DNA of 64,000 nt from Camelus ferus (GCF_009834535.1 NC_045696.1:119104001-119168000), one strand, 5' to 3'. Counted from the stretch's first letter, positions 23,040 to 35,599 are shown. Program-made: numbers and translations. The notes: a model not told the origin generated them from the sequence alone.

Positions 23040-23530
23040 TCCAGGTCCCGTCCCTCTTCTGCTCAGAGCCCTGCTGGGGTTCCCCCACCCCGAAGGGCAC
23101 CAGCCTCCCTCTGCCTCATCCTCCTGCTGTTTGTCCTGTGTATTCTGCCTGTTTCCCGCACCCCCTCAGGGCCTTTGCACTGGCTGTCCCCTCTGCCTGG
23201 AAGTCCTCCCAGATAGACCCTTGGTTCAAATCCTTATCCCCCTTCTCTCTGAAACCTCCTGACCTCCTGCCTGTTGAACATTTCTAGCTTCCCCCCACTC
23301 CCCAGCCCTTTCCCCTCTGGATTTTCTCTGTAGCACTTCCTGCTGTCAACGTGCTATTTACTTTGCTTATTGTTACTCATTTCCTTGTTTATTGTCTGCC
23401 TTCCTTCATTAGAAGGTAGACTCCCTTCTGATGAGTACAGGATTGTCTCTTTTATCCTCTGCTGTGTCCTCGGTGCTGGAAACAGTGCCTGACACACAGT
23501 AGATAATCACTAAATACTTGCTGAATGAGT
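23040..23530 (+). mobile_element. L2 LINE 3' end
   Basis: CAGGGCCTTTGCACTGGCTGTCCCCTCTGCCTGGAA...AACAGTGCCTGACACACAGTAG..AAATACTTGCTGAATGA. Confidence 0.8.
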
Positions 23531-24494
23531 CCTTGACATACATTTTTATATCCCACTTTTTTGCAACTTAACATCCTATAGTGAGGCACACACCCTGTCG
23601 TTCCAGATGTTTCCCAAAACATGATTTAATGCCTACATACGCTTTGATCACTCAGGGTGCTGTAATTTATTTAGGGTCCCCTTTCATTGGACATGGGAGT
23701 TGTTGCGGGCTTTGGGCTGTTAAAAATCATGCTGTGATATGCAGTGTGGTACATACATCTTGGTGCGCATTTCTGATTATTTCCCTGGGAATGACTGAGT
23801 TGAAAGATACGACTGTTTGAACTAATTACCACGTCGCCCTCTAGGTGGGATATGCTGGGTGGGGTACAGCACAAATCTGATCACACCGAACCCTTTGGCT
23901 GGTTTCCTGGATAAAGGATGGGGAGATGCCAGCTGGGGCTCAGGCTCTGTGGACCCCCTCACTTGTGCGCGGAGTGAGGGTGCCTGGGCCCTTGGCCTTG
24001 CTAGCTGTCCCCACCGGGACCCTCCCTTCCAGTGCGGTCAGACCCCTCCTCCTGCCCAGGGCCTGCCCCACCCTCTCTGTTGCCAAAATCCCACCCACCT
24101 GAAATTGCTCCTTCTGGACATGCGTCCCACCGGAATGGCTCTTTTCTGCACGCCTGCGCTTGGTCAGTACCATCCTTGTGACACTTTAATTCCGTCGTAT
24201 GTGAAACTCAAAAGAGTGTTTCCTTGGGGGCAGAGCCACGCCCTGCACATCTTTCTGTCCGTCTTTCTTGTCCGCGCTTTCTGGCTGGGAACGGCGGCTC
24301 CTCAGTGGCAGGGTTCCAGTCCACCTTCAGAGACCCTGTTACACCTGCTGACCCTGGCCCTGCCCGCCTCGCAAGTCCCTTCCCAGGAGTTCTGATGCTC
24401 TCTTTCGTTGCTGCTCCAGAATGGAGCCGACATTTGTTGAGAGCCTGCTGTGTGCCAGGTCCTGTTGGAGGGCGTTAGCTCCCTGATCTCATTT

Positions 24495-24968
24495 CTTTTT
24501 TAACTTTTCACTTTCCCGAAGTATGATTTAATAAGCAGCCTACACCGCTCCCATGTAAAGTGTTCAAACCCATGGAACCACCTCATCGAGATGCAGTACG
24601 TTCCCGTCACCCCAAAGTGTCCTGCTGCTCCTTTGGGGTCTCTCCTTTTCCCCAACTCTCTGTCCCTAGACAACCAGCGATCTGCTTTCTGCCGCTGATT
24701 TTATTTGCTGGAGTTTTCTATAGATGGAATCCTGTGGTATGGAGTCTTTTGGGTCTGGCTTTTCCCGCTCAACTGACTGACTTTGCGATTTCGTTGTTCA
24801 TGCTGTTGGGTATGTCAGTGGTTCATTCCTGTTGTGCCTCTGAGCAGTCGTCTCGTGTACGGATTTATCAGTGTGTTTTTCCATTCACCTGTTGACAGAC
24901 ATCTGGGTCATTTCCAGTTTGGAGCTGTGACAATTTAAGTTGCTGTGAGCATTCGTCTTCATGTGGTT
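24495..24968 (-). mobile_element. Ancient L1M 3' fragment
   Basis: GATGGAATCCTGTGGTATG..CCATTCACCTGTTGACAGACATCTGGGTCATTTCCAGTTTGGAGC. Confidence 0.7.
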
Positions 24969-25754
24969 TCTTACGTCCTAGCATCCCAGTGAGGTGGGGA
25001 TACACTCATTCCTTTCTTGCAGGAGAGGAAACGGACCCTCTGAGAGGTTAAGTAACTTTTCTAAAGATGCAGTGCTTGGAAGTGGCTGGGAAGAATTGGA
25101 ACCTAAGTCTCTTGGGCATCCAAGCTCTTGTGCCTCATAAACCACCAGGTGCCAGACAAACAGGCGTTAACACCAGGCAGAGCATACTGGCTAGAAAGCT
25201 TGTGTTGTCACGTAGAGGGGCCCCAGACCCCTCCTCCCTGTGCAGTGTGGGCCGTTGGGGATTTTTAAGAAGCGTGCAACGTGCTTATTGTTGTAGAGAC
25301 GGTGCTCATCTGACTTGAACAAATGACGAGCTGGGGCGAGGGTGTCAGCCCACGTCCACCTGCTGGCTTAGGCAGGAAGGGGACCACCTGCACTTTTACA
25401 AAAGTCCAGGTTTTATTTGTCCCCTGCTTCTAGAGCACGGTGCTGCTGTGGCTGATACTGGAGGACGCAGCCTCGCTGGTGGGGCTGGGGGGTGCTAAAA
25501 GCAGCCAGAAAGTCACAGTGAAGCAAGGAAGCTGCCCCAAATCTCAGTTCTGGGTGATCTGATTGGGCCTTAAATTTTCAACTAATTCTGGTCACCGAGG
25601 GGTGAACCTATCCTTTGATGGGTTTCATCACAAACGGGGGCCCATAAAACATCACAATTTCTGCAGAATGGTGCCTCATTATCCCTTTGATGCGTGCGTT
25701 TTGCCAGCTTCTCTGTGCCGGGCGCTCTCACACGGCTGGAGGTCTACCTGTGTT

Positions 25755-26029
25755 GACACAGAAAACAAACTTACGGTTACCAGCGGGGGAAAGAGGGGGT
25801 GGGATAAATTAGGAGTTCAGGCAGATACACACTACTATATACAGCAGAGAGAAACAACAGGGTCCTACTGGATAGCACAGGGAATTCTATTCAATATCTT
25901 GTAAATAACCTATAATGAAAAAGAATCTGGAAAGGAATATATACATATGTATAACTGAATCACTATGCTGTACACCAGAAATTAACACAACATTGTAGAT
26001 CGACTGTATTTCAGTTAAAAAAAAAAAAA
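25755..26029 (+). mobile_element. Camelid L1 3' UTR fragment with poly(A)
   Basis: GACACAGAAAACAAACTTACGGTTACC..ATAGCACAGGGAA..CTGAATCACTATGCTGTACACCAGAAATTAACACAACATTGTA plus A tail. Confidence 0.88.
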
Positions 26030-26164
26030 GGAAGCTACTGGCGTCAGGTCCGTGAGAATCCACTGTGCTTTTTGTGTGTTTGGTTTGGGGACAGTGGGCA
26101 CAGTCAGCGACCTGTCTGATGAAGTTAGTGCCCGAGGCATGATCTTTGCTTGACCTGTCTGGTC

Positions 26165-26296
26165 CTCCACCGTCCAGTACAGGAGCCACTTAAATACAGT
26201 CATTGATTACAACTGAGTGAAATGAAAAATGCGGTTCCTCTGTCACGCTGGCCACACCTCACGTGGGGCCAGAGGCTACCCTATTGGACAGCGCAG
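26165..26296. mobile_element. MER3-like hAT MITE
   Basis: CCGTCCAGTACAGGAGCCAC...GGCTACCCTATTGGACAGCGCAG termini. Confidence 0.6.
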
Positions 26297-26552
26297 GCGG
26301 AGAACCCAGAGTCAAAGGAGATGCTGTTCTAGTTGGCTTTTGAGGGAGGAAACTCGGTTCCAGGTGTGACTCTGCATCTCTCGTGCAGGTAGATGTAGAA
26401 TTTCTATTATGAAAGTTTGCCCTGGGCTTCACTGGGAACCCTAGGATGACCGTTCATCGATTCCACAAATACTTACTGAATGTCGACCAGAGCCAGAGGT
26501 GGTGTGCTGAGGACACACCGGCGAACCAGACGGGGTCTCCCATTGTCATGTT

Positions 26553-26888
26553 GTCCTAGTCCGCTCGCCTGCCGTCACAGAATGCTCCAGTGCTCCAGAC
26601 TGGGCGGTGTAAACCGCAGGTATTTATTGTCTTGCAGATCTGGAGGCGGGAAGTCCGAGCTCAGGGGGCCAACATGATGGGTTTGTGCTGAGAGGGCTCT
26701 TCCTGGCTTGCAGACGGCCGCCTTCCTGCCGTGTCTCCATGTGTCTGAGACAGAAAGTGACCCCTGCCCTGTCTCTTCCATAAGGACATTAACCTCAGAG
26801 TAGTTACTTCCTTACTCCAAATGCAGTCACGTTGGGGGTTGGGGCCTCCACATGCGAATTTTGAAGGGACACAGTGTGGCCCACGGCA
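26553..26888 (-). mobile_element. MLT1A-like MaLR LTR
   Basis: TGTCCTAGTCCGCTCG..CAGACTGGGCGGTGTAAAC..TCTGGAGGCGGGAAGTCCGAG..GAATTTTGAAGGGACACA. Confidence 0.8.
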
Positions 26889-27371
26889 CTGGTCTAGCCC
26901 ACGAGTCCACATTGCTTCAACAGCTTTTACAGGTGAAGAACCAAGTGATTGTAGTTCTTGATGCTAGCGTGCTGGTGACAGAGGGGATGTGGTGGCCCAT
27001 AGTCTTGTTGGAAGTGTGTGTGCGTCAAGGAAGATTTGAGATCTGCAGGTGGATTTGGAGTTAGCCAGGTGGGAGAATGAAGGCGGGGGAGGGGATCTTT
27101 TCAGGCAGAGGGGACAATGTGTGGGAGGGACCAGAACACGGAGACCACATTACGTATGTGGGAAGCTGGAGGTGGTTCAGGTTGGTTGGACTGTGGTCTT
27201 TGGGGGAAGTGAATGAGGGTCAGATGACTAAAGGTCTTATGTCTTAGGTTAAGGAGTCTGGGCTCTCTCGAGAGCCCTGAAGGCTTTTAAGGCGGGGTGA
27301 GGGTAGGTGACATGATCAGATTTGTGTTCTGGAAAGCCCGCTCTGGGTTTACAATGAAAAAGAGTAGAAGA

Positions 27372-27460
27372 GGGGAGGGTATAGCTCAGTGGTGGAACGT
27401 GTGCTTAGCATGCACGAAGTCCTGGGTTCAATCCCCAGTACCTCCATTAAAAAAAAAAAA
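27372..27460 (+). mobile_element. tRNA-Ala-derived camelid SINE (vic-1 type), short form, within an L2 remnant
   Basis: GGGGAGGGTATAGCTCAGTGG..GCTTAGCATGCACG..GGTTCAATCCCCAGTACCTCCATT plus A12; imperfect AAAAGA..GAAGAG flanks. Confidence 0.9.
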
Positions 27461-27934
27461 GATGGAAGAGATGAAACTGAAGAGAAAGGAAACCATTTGG
27501 AAGCCATTGCAGTCATCAGGCAAAGGGTGAAGATGGCCTCAGCGGAAGGAGTGACAGGAGGGACAAGAGAACTGGGCGGGGCCAAGAGATTAGATGGTGG
27601 GCCCAGTGGCTCACTGGCAGGTGACGGGGCGGGGAGTGGGGGAGGAGGGTTTGCTGGGCACGGGGTTGCTCTGATCCCGCTTTAATGCATTTTCGGATAA
27701 TGCTCTCACTTGGTCATCCAAGTAGCCCTGAGAGCCAGACGGAAGGTATTTTTCTCTTTTTTTTCAGATGAGAAAGTTACCTTGACAGGTAGTAAGTCAT
27801 AAGTGGGAACAGAATCAGTGTTTGAACCCCATTCACAGAGGATTTTTCTCCTGCACCTGAAGGAGAGCTTAGTGCCAACCTGCCAGGCCTCCTGATGGTG
27901 TCTCAGTATAAAAGATAACTTTATTGGAGGGTGT

Positions 27935-28560
27935 GGAAAAGAATAACTTTATTGAGGTATAACTTACATTCAATAAAATACACCCATGTGAAGTGAATGG
28001 CTTGATGAGTTTTGGTGCAGGTAAACACGTGTGTGATTGCACCATGCTCAAGATGTGGACCTTTTGCATCACCCCAGAAGATTCCCTCATGTCTGCCCCC
28101 GACAACCGCTCATCTGCTGTCACTGTAGGTTAGTTTTGCTTCCTTTAGAGCAACCTAGGAGTGGAACCAGACAGGAGGCATTCTTCGGGGACTTCTTACA
28201 CTCAGCATGATGCTGTCGGGATTTGCCCCCGCCCTGGTCTCCGTCAGGAGCTCGCCTTTGTGTTTCTGAGTAATACTCCATTGTTTGGCTGTGCCGCGAT
28301 TGGTTTAATCGTTCTCCTGTGGACCGGCTTGGGCTGTTTCCAGTTTGGGGCTGGTTAGTAAAAATGCTGCTGAGAACATTCGTGAACATGTCTCATGTGG
28401 ACACGTGTTTTCATTTCTATCGGGTAAATATGTCAGAGTGGAATTGATAAGTGTGTGTTCCCTTTTGTAAGAAACTGCCCAACTGTTTTCCAAAGTAGTT
28501 CTACCGTTTTGCATTTCCAACACCACGCGTGAGAGGTGGTAGCTTTGTTTTTCACATGTC
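27935..28560 (-). mobile_element. Ancient L1MB/MC-like 3' fragment
   Basis: TAACTTTATTGAGGTATAACTTACATTCAATAAAATACACCCAT...GAAACTGCCCAACTGTTTTCCAAAGTAGTT; SQTMEYYS remnant in ORF 28120-28389. Confidence 0.8.
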
Positions 28561-28609
28561 ATCACTACAGTTGCTCTTCATTCATCACTTAGTGTTGCAT
28601 TTAATCAGT

Positions 28610-28785
28610 TTTTTTAATTCATTTTAAAAGTTTTTTTTTTTTTAACTGAAGTGTAGTTGATTTACAATGTGAGTTTCAGGTATACAGCAGTGATTCAGTT
28701 CTCCAAATACATACATACATATATATATATTTTTTTTCCAGATTCTTTTCCATCATGGGTTACAGGAAACTAGAGTCAATTTCTC
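28610..28785 (-). mobile_element. Camelid L1 3' tip
   Basis: T tail + AACTGAAGTGTAGTTGATTTACAATG; GCATTT(A)ATCAGTTTT direct repeats on both sides. Confidence 0.8.
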
Positions 28786-29760
28786 GCATTTATCAGTTTT
28801 CAACAAACTAGCAACAGTCTTGCGAGGCAGGGGGAGTTAACCTCCATGGAATAAAAGTGTGCATCGAGATCTTGAGTTTGGAGTTTTATAAGTAACTTGC
28901 CCTAGGCCACCAAGCTGCTGGCTGTTGGTAGCAAGCTCCATCCGCTTACTGAACTGGGGAGCCTTCACTCTGGGCTCTTTGGTTTTTCAGTCTCCTGCAC
29001 GCTGCGCTGGGTTTAACCCAAAGCGAATCGCTGCACTGTGAAAACATTGAGAAGGACCTCGTGCCCCGTTGCCCGTCTCCTTCAAGCTCATCTCTGTTTC
29101 TCCTCTTAAACTCTGGCTTATAAAACATTCCCACGACACATATTACAGTTTCTAGCATCAGCTCCCATTGCCACATTTTTTAAATTCCCATCTTAGTAGT
29201 TTTCCTGTCTAAGAGGTCTTGAAGAGCTGACCTCTGGGATTTTTTTCTGTGACATTTTGCTGACCAGGCTCATACTTGGATTTTGGCTGCCGGCATGCTA
29301 GCCTTTAGGTCTGGATTTCAGTTTTGGGTGGTCGTGATAATAACCCAGGGTGACATTCATTATGCAAAACGTGTATTGTGCAATGAATCAGTTAAGGGTC
29401 CGGTTTTTATTTCGCTGCCGGCCTGGGGAACCTTATCCCAAAACACAACGGCAGAAGCAGCTGACACTCGTTGTCTCTTTCAGTTGTCTGTCTAATCTCT
29501 TTACAAAACCAGGAAAAAGACTAATCTAAGAAGATGAATCACAATTTACATGAAGGTGTAAAAGCTAACAGGTGAGAGTGTTTTGGGGCTAAGAGCTTGG
29601 GTGCCCAGTGGCTTGTTTTAAATCCCCGCACTGTTAGCCTGCCTGCCTGACTTCACTGGTCGTCCAGGGAGGGGGTAAGCAAGTTCTAAGGGAGCATCGA
29701 AAATGATGTTAGCCTCTGGAGAAAGACTGCGGGCCTTCAGAACTCATCATTTCCTAAAAG

Positions 29761-29935
29761 AGTGGTTCTCCAGCTTGATGGTGAGTCAGAATCACCTGAA
29801 AAGCTCTTTACAACCCAGAATCCTGGACCTCAGAATTCCTGATGCGTTGAGTCCGGGGCAAGGCTTGGAGATGCGTTTGTAACAAGTTCCCGGGTGATGC
29901 TGACACTGCCGGCCTGGGGACCACACTGAGAACCT
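29761..29935. mobile_element. MER5A hAT-Charlie MITE
   Basis: AGTGGTTCTC..TCAGAATCACCTG..TAACAAGTTCCCGGGTGATGCTGA..GGGACCACACTGAGAACC; near full length with TIR-like ends. Confidence 0.82.
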
Positions 29936-32900
29936 TCAGAGACCAGATGGGACTGCAGATTTCTTTTTTTTCCTGAGTGGAGATGGCAGAGAGAAATGAT
30001 AGTGGTGTGATTTTTTTAAGTATAAAAGAAATTCAGTAAATATTTGCATACATGACTCTATTTTATGAGCAACTCATATTTTATTTCCTTGAGGAATATA
30101 TTGCAATATATTTGGAAGGACAGGCCGTATTCCTAAAACTAAAATACTACCAGTTGACACAATGATTCTCAAACTTTGCTCCAAAAAATTTGCAGGGAGG
30201 ACCCCGGGCGCAGCAGAAGGAAGAGGGGTGAGATGTGGGTTGAAGGAAGACTTCTGTGCTCCTAACGGGTGTGTTGCCCGTGGTCCAGGGTCTTGGAAGA
30301 AGGGCCTTGACTAGAGAGAATGCCCTTCCCATTGTCCGGGGGGAGGGGGAGGGGTAGCCCGGCTGGGGGACAGTCAGTAATCTGGCTGTGGCCGCCACAC
30401 ACTGGGCATTTTAGGGGTCCAGTCCCCCACCACAGCATCTAGATAGACCTTTGTTTTTGTTTGCACGGCTCTTCACAGCGAGCTGGAAACACTCCACAGT
30501 AGAAGCAGATCTGGGGGCTGTGGCTGGGCCCCGGTGGTCATGTGATCCAGCCTCCTCCTTGGCCCCTTTCTGGAAACCTTGGCCTCGGTGAGGTCTCCAC
30601 CACCTCTGTTCCCTGCGCCCCTTTTCTGCTCCTTTGCCTTGCCCTGGCCACTCTGACCAGGCCCGGTGGAAATAACCTGGAGTCAACAACCTAGACTGAG
30701 TGGTGATGGACTGAACTTGAGTCTGTGATGGATGAGGGGGCTGGCTAGGAGTGACACCCGCTCGGCTGCAGGTGCCTGCACGCAGGCATGAGTCCTGCTT
30801 TCAGGGAGGCCCAGCGTAGGAAGCTTCTGGAAAGGAGGGGAAGGACTTGGGGGATGGGCGGTTATTTGCGTTACAGGAGGAGTCTTGGTTTAAAGTGGGT
30901 TTCGCCACGGGGTTCCTTTAGTGGAGCCTGGAGTGCCCTGAAGTGTTTGTTTTGCCATCCATAACGAGGTATTTATTACCTCTCTCTAAAGATGATACCT
31001 GCAGTTTAGAAGTAACAAATTCATCTGTAACGTGGGCCGCTTTTCAGCGGAATTGAACATCAAGTCACTGATGTTGATGGCATATTTTTCTCAGGGAAAA
31101 CAAACAAACAAGCCTGGAAGCAAAATGTCAGACGCCAGGAAGGAGGGGAGGCAGATGGAGAGGTGGGCCCAGGGCAGCCCTTGATGGGACCGCGTAAGGC
31201 AGGAGGGCCCCTGGCTGCGGTGGGGGGTGACTGTTCCCATCCTCAACACTCAGCTCATCCCTGAGGGAGGGTCCTCCTGCTGCAGCCCTAGCCTCGTGGC
31301 AGAAGGGCCGTCTGCTTCTGTGTCCTCTTGGCTTGCTGAGGACCCTTGCAGGTGACAAGGTGTAAGGAGAGCAGCAGACTTGGATGATGATGACGACATT
31401 ATTATGATTATTATCAGTAGTGGTAACAATGGTGATGACTGCTAATGAGCCATGCATCGTGCTTAGGGTAAATTAATCTTCAGGGGATCCTGATTTTCCA
31501 GATGTGGACATGAGTCTCAGAGAGGTCACCCAACCTGCCCACGGTCACACAGCAAATATGTGATAGGGTTAGAATCAGAACTCAGACTTGCCATCTTCAA
31601 ATCTTTGGTTTAAGCGATGCTGCTGGTACCACACATCTCTCAGGTACAGCTTTGAGGCTTGATAGGCTCTGATGTGTCATGTCTGAATGTTGATCTTTCT
31701 ACTCTTGGGGACCTAGAGTGTATGGGGGTTATGATATAAAAACTGGTTCCTACATTGGAGTTCGGAAACCACATTAAGATCATTGTGCCTGTAACCTGCC
31801 AAGAATCACCCCTTTTCTTATTTGCCAAGATCACGAATGCTGGTGAATAACCCACTGGAGTAGAGTGTTGCATTGTATTTGTTGCTGATTTTAAAGTCAG
31901 GCTGTTTGATCTCTAGCTCAGATCTGGAGGCCAGGTCTGAACCTGGGCACGTGGGGGTGGCCGCCACGTGGTCTCCATCCTGTCAGCGTGCCAGGCTCAG
32001 AGTTCAGCCCGTGCTGAATATAGACTCTTCCTTTGCTGAAAATAGGATTTGCAGAGGGGTGGGGAAGCAGTTTTCTTTCCTAGAAAATCGCTCCTTGCTC
32101 CTCTAGGTTGCACTGACTTCTGTGAAACCATCTGTTCCTTCCAGTGTAATTTCCAGACAATTAGATTGAACAGTCTCTTCTGCCCCATGTTTGGCTTCTG
32201 TTTCCTCTCGCTGTTCATTAATAAATTGTGTAGCAGAGTTTTCACAGGTAGGGGGTGTGTGTATGTGTATATTTATTTAATTTCAGTTGGGGCAACCCTG
32301 GTCGAGCACTGTGAATTTATTTAATTTCCTACTCATGTTTCATTTTCGGTTTTTGTTTCTTTAACTGCTAAGAGTGGGTTGCATTTTTTTTTTTCCGCTT
32401 GTTTTGTGTTTAAGACTCAAAAAAGGAAGTCAGTTGCATGAGTTATGAGTTGAGGTTTGGGTTGGGGGTGGACCCCAAACAGACCCTGTCTTTAAGCAGA
32501 AGGTACAAAGAGCGGTAGGGACGTGGGTTCTCATAAACCCTGTCTGACTGCAGATAAATACACTTTTACAGAATCTGTGGGGATTTTGAAAGATAAATGA
32601 GATAATACGTGTGACATGGCTTTAAGCTTTTCTGAGCAAAGCTACGAAATACATCTTCTGTATCGTTTTTGCTTTTGAGAGCGCAACCAAGACTGCTCTT
32701 CGTATTAATGTTATTGTTAAATGTTCACTAATGGAGGTAATAAGATTAGATTAGAAAGGAGGGCATTCTTTGCATTCCTTCCTTGATGTAAAAACTCTTT
32801 CTGCTCTTTTCCCAGCTACTCCAAATCCAGACCAAGAAACAACTCATTCTTGTGTGAAAATGGACTCGGGGTGTGTGTATGTGTGTGTTTAAGCAGTAAA

Positions 32901-34754
32901 TTTTCAGCAACTTAAGGCTGCCTTCAGTGAAATGAAATTCCTTGGTGATGACTGTTATCTGTCAAAGCAAAGCCAAATTATTTTTCTGTAGGGATTCATA
33001 AAAAGCAGCACTGTGGTGGTGGTAATAATTTTTATCTAATTTGGGTAAAAACAGAACAGAAAACCAGTTAATGTTCGAGGCACCCTACTAATGATTGTTA
33101 TTAGCGATTGCGCTCCAAAGAATTTTTATCAAGTGGCTTTCTCCAATGTTTTGACCAGATTTTCCTGATACTTTGGAAGAAAGGGGGCCTGTCGCATTTT
33201 CTCTATGAAATATTTTCAAGTAGTGTGAGAAGGTAGGTGATTCCGCCTTCAAGTGGCTTGTCACTGCCATTGAGTTTAGAAAGTCATTTCCTCAGTCTCG
33301 TGTTTCAGACATGCGTTAAGCTGTTCTTTGTTTACAGGTCCCACCTCCTGAAAAATAGAAGTTAGGTAAGCAGTTGGTCCTCACTGGAGTCATCAGCAGC
33401 TGAGAGTTTTTTCCATCTCGTTGCACGAGCATGCTTTTCAGGTGCATGTATAGGATTCATTATGAGGAGGGTGCGTTCATTTGACGGCCTTACTGGGCCC
33501 TCTGAAAAGAGGAAGAGGATTTTGCCAGTTGGGTATCCCAGGTGGGAATTCAGAGTTGCTTGGTAAGCATGGACACAGCATGGCGCCATATGGAAGGTAT
33601 GTTGCCTTTGATGCAGGATTGGTAATGTGTTCCCAAGGGAGCTGGCGCACTAGTGGGGTAGACTTTCCTTAGTGGAGAAGGCAGTCTCATCTGACACAAT
33701 TGGTTCATTGGCTGTGTATTGATTACCTGTTCTTTCTCAGGCTCCAGGCTGGGCCTCCAGAGGTGAACGAGGTGGCGAGGTCTCTCAACGTAGGAACCAC
33801 TGTCTGAATCACCCCCATCCATTTCTCCATTAGTAATGTCTGAGCCCAGTGTCTGTTTTCCAGTATCTGGAAACCAGTCCAGGGTGACCATAGCCTTAAC
33901 AGATGGTGTGTTATCTTGGAAAAGCATCTCCTTCAACTTAGTGTGATTTATCTTTGACCTGGTGGCCTGTGCGTGGCTGGTGATTTGTCTACTGTTTGGT
34001 TGGGGCAGGAGGGCCCTGGAAATCCTCCAGCAAGGCTGATCCCTGGGCCCACCAACCTGCAGCTTGGAAAACCCCTGGGCTAGTGCCTCAATCAGACCAG
34101 CTTCTCGGGGCTGAGGGACTCGTCTGGGCATCTGATGTCCACGGGCTGACCCCGGGGGACTTAATCGATCCATCCAGGACACCTTGGGCACGTGTCCCCA
34201 GACTCTCAGTCCACCGTGGCTTTCTTAGTCAGAAATGGTATGTTCTGCTCAAGTGAGATGGACCTGGTGAAAGGAAGGTGACTGCTGCTCTGCCAACAAC
34301 CTGGGCTGACTGAGGTGATGCAGAAACACGACCAGGAGCGGGGAGACGGGCACGGAGCATCCTCTGGGTCACCTTGCTTTATCCTCCAAACTGGTGGCCC
34401 AGCTGCCCCTTGTCAAAGCACTGTTTTTGCCAATCTGGAGACTGTAAGTTAAAACAAAAACCTATTCTTCTTTCTACCCGGTGGTCTGTTACCATAGACT
34501 TTGTGTAAATGGATTGGACCCAGATAACTAAAAGCCAAGAAAACTTTTCTCCTAATATCCTTTAGTTTCTTTGCTGTAAGTGAGACGTCAGAGCTGCTTA
34601 ACGCAGGTGATAGGGGCCAGTGCCCCAGAGAAGTGAACCAGCCAAGGTTTTGGTCTCTGAACTGGGCAGAATCTTGCAGTCCTGGACAGAGCTTAGAGTT
34701 GGGAGCCAAGTTAATGGAGGTAAAAGCAACTTTAAACTCAACTTTTCTGCTTAT

Positions 34755-35565
34755 TTGTCATGTGATGTTGAGCAGCATGGTAGGTCCCCTCCAGGGTGGC
34801 CCCCAGCACTCCCTACCTCCTGGGGTTCTTGCCCTTGGGGAAACCCCTTCCCTTGGGTGTGGAAGCACCTAGTAAGTTGCTTCTAGTGAGTAGGATGCCA
34901 TGAAAGTGATGGATGTCACTTACAGGATTGGGTTACAAGAAGACGGTGGCTTCCATCTTGGATTCTCATTACTTTGCTCACTTGCTCTGAGAAAAGCCAG
35001 CTGCTCTGCTGTAAGCTGTCCACTGGAGAGACCCATGTGGCAGGGAACCACCAGAGGCCTCCTGCTAACAGCCAGTGAGGAACTGGACCTTGCCAAGCAG
35101 TCCCTAAGACGTTGAGCCCTGCCAACACCTGCATACGTGAACTTGGATGTAGGTCCTCCCCCAGTGGACCTGGAGATCCCTTCCTGATGGGATCCCTTCC
35201 ATGAGAGGCCTTGAGCCAGAGGCACCCATCTAAGCTGCATTTGGATTTCTGACTTTTTTTTTTTAAAGAAATCACCAGGTTGAATAATTATAAAATATGC
35301 ACAGAACTTGAACATTCCCATAAGATACAATTCAGGTCACAATTGAATTATACATGTAATGAGATATTTTGATATAATGGAAAAGCCTAGTTGGTTTTTT
35401 AAAAAGTCTGTAAACCATAAAAGAGAAAAAGCATTTAAAAATACACTACAAAATTCTAACCGGTAGGTTTAAATTTTGATTTTTTTAAAGTGAGGTAATA
35501 AATGTTTGTTTTAAGCCACCATGTTTAGGGATAATTTACTAGATGTCATTAAATAACTGATACCG
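34755..35565 (+). mobile_element. MLT1E/F-like MaLR LTR, interrupted at ~35254-35490
   Basis: CCCCTTCCCTTGGGTGTGG..AAGTGATGGATGTCACTT..GGAGAGACCCATGTGGCAGGGAAC..CTAAGCTGCATTTGGATTTCTGAC; resumes GTGAGGTAATAAATGTTTGTTTTAAGCCACC. Confidence 0.8.
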
Positions 35566-35599
35566 GCAGTTTATGTTAAATTCTTACTCCTCTGGGAGG

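Noticed and set aside
23834..23849. CTCF-like TCGCCCTCTAGGTGGG
   Set aside because: Imperfect match to the core and at the edge of an old L1-like remnant; not supportable without ChIP data.
33550..34191. 213-aa minus-strand ORF
   Set aside because: No recognisable family or motif, no supporting exon structure, and no retrocopy hallmarks; compatible with chance.
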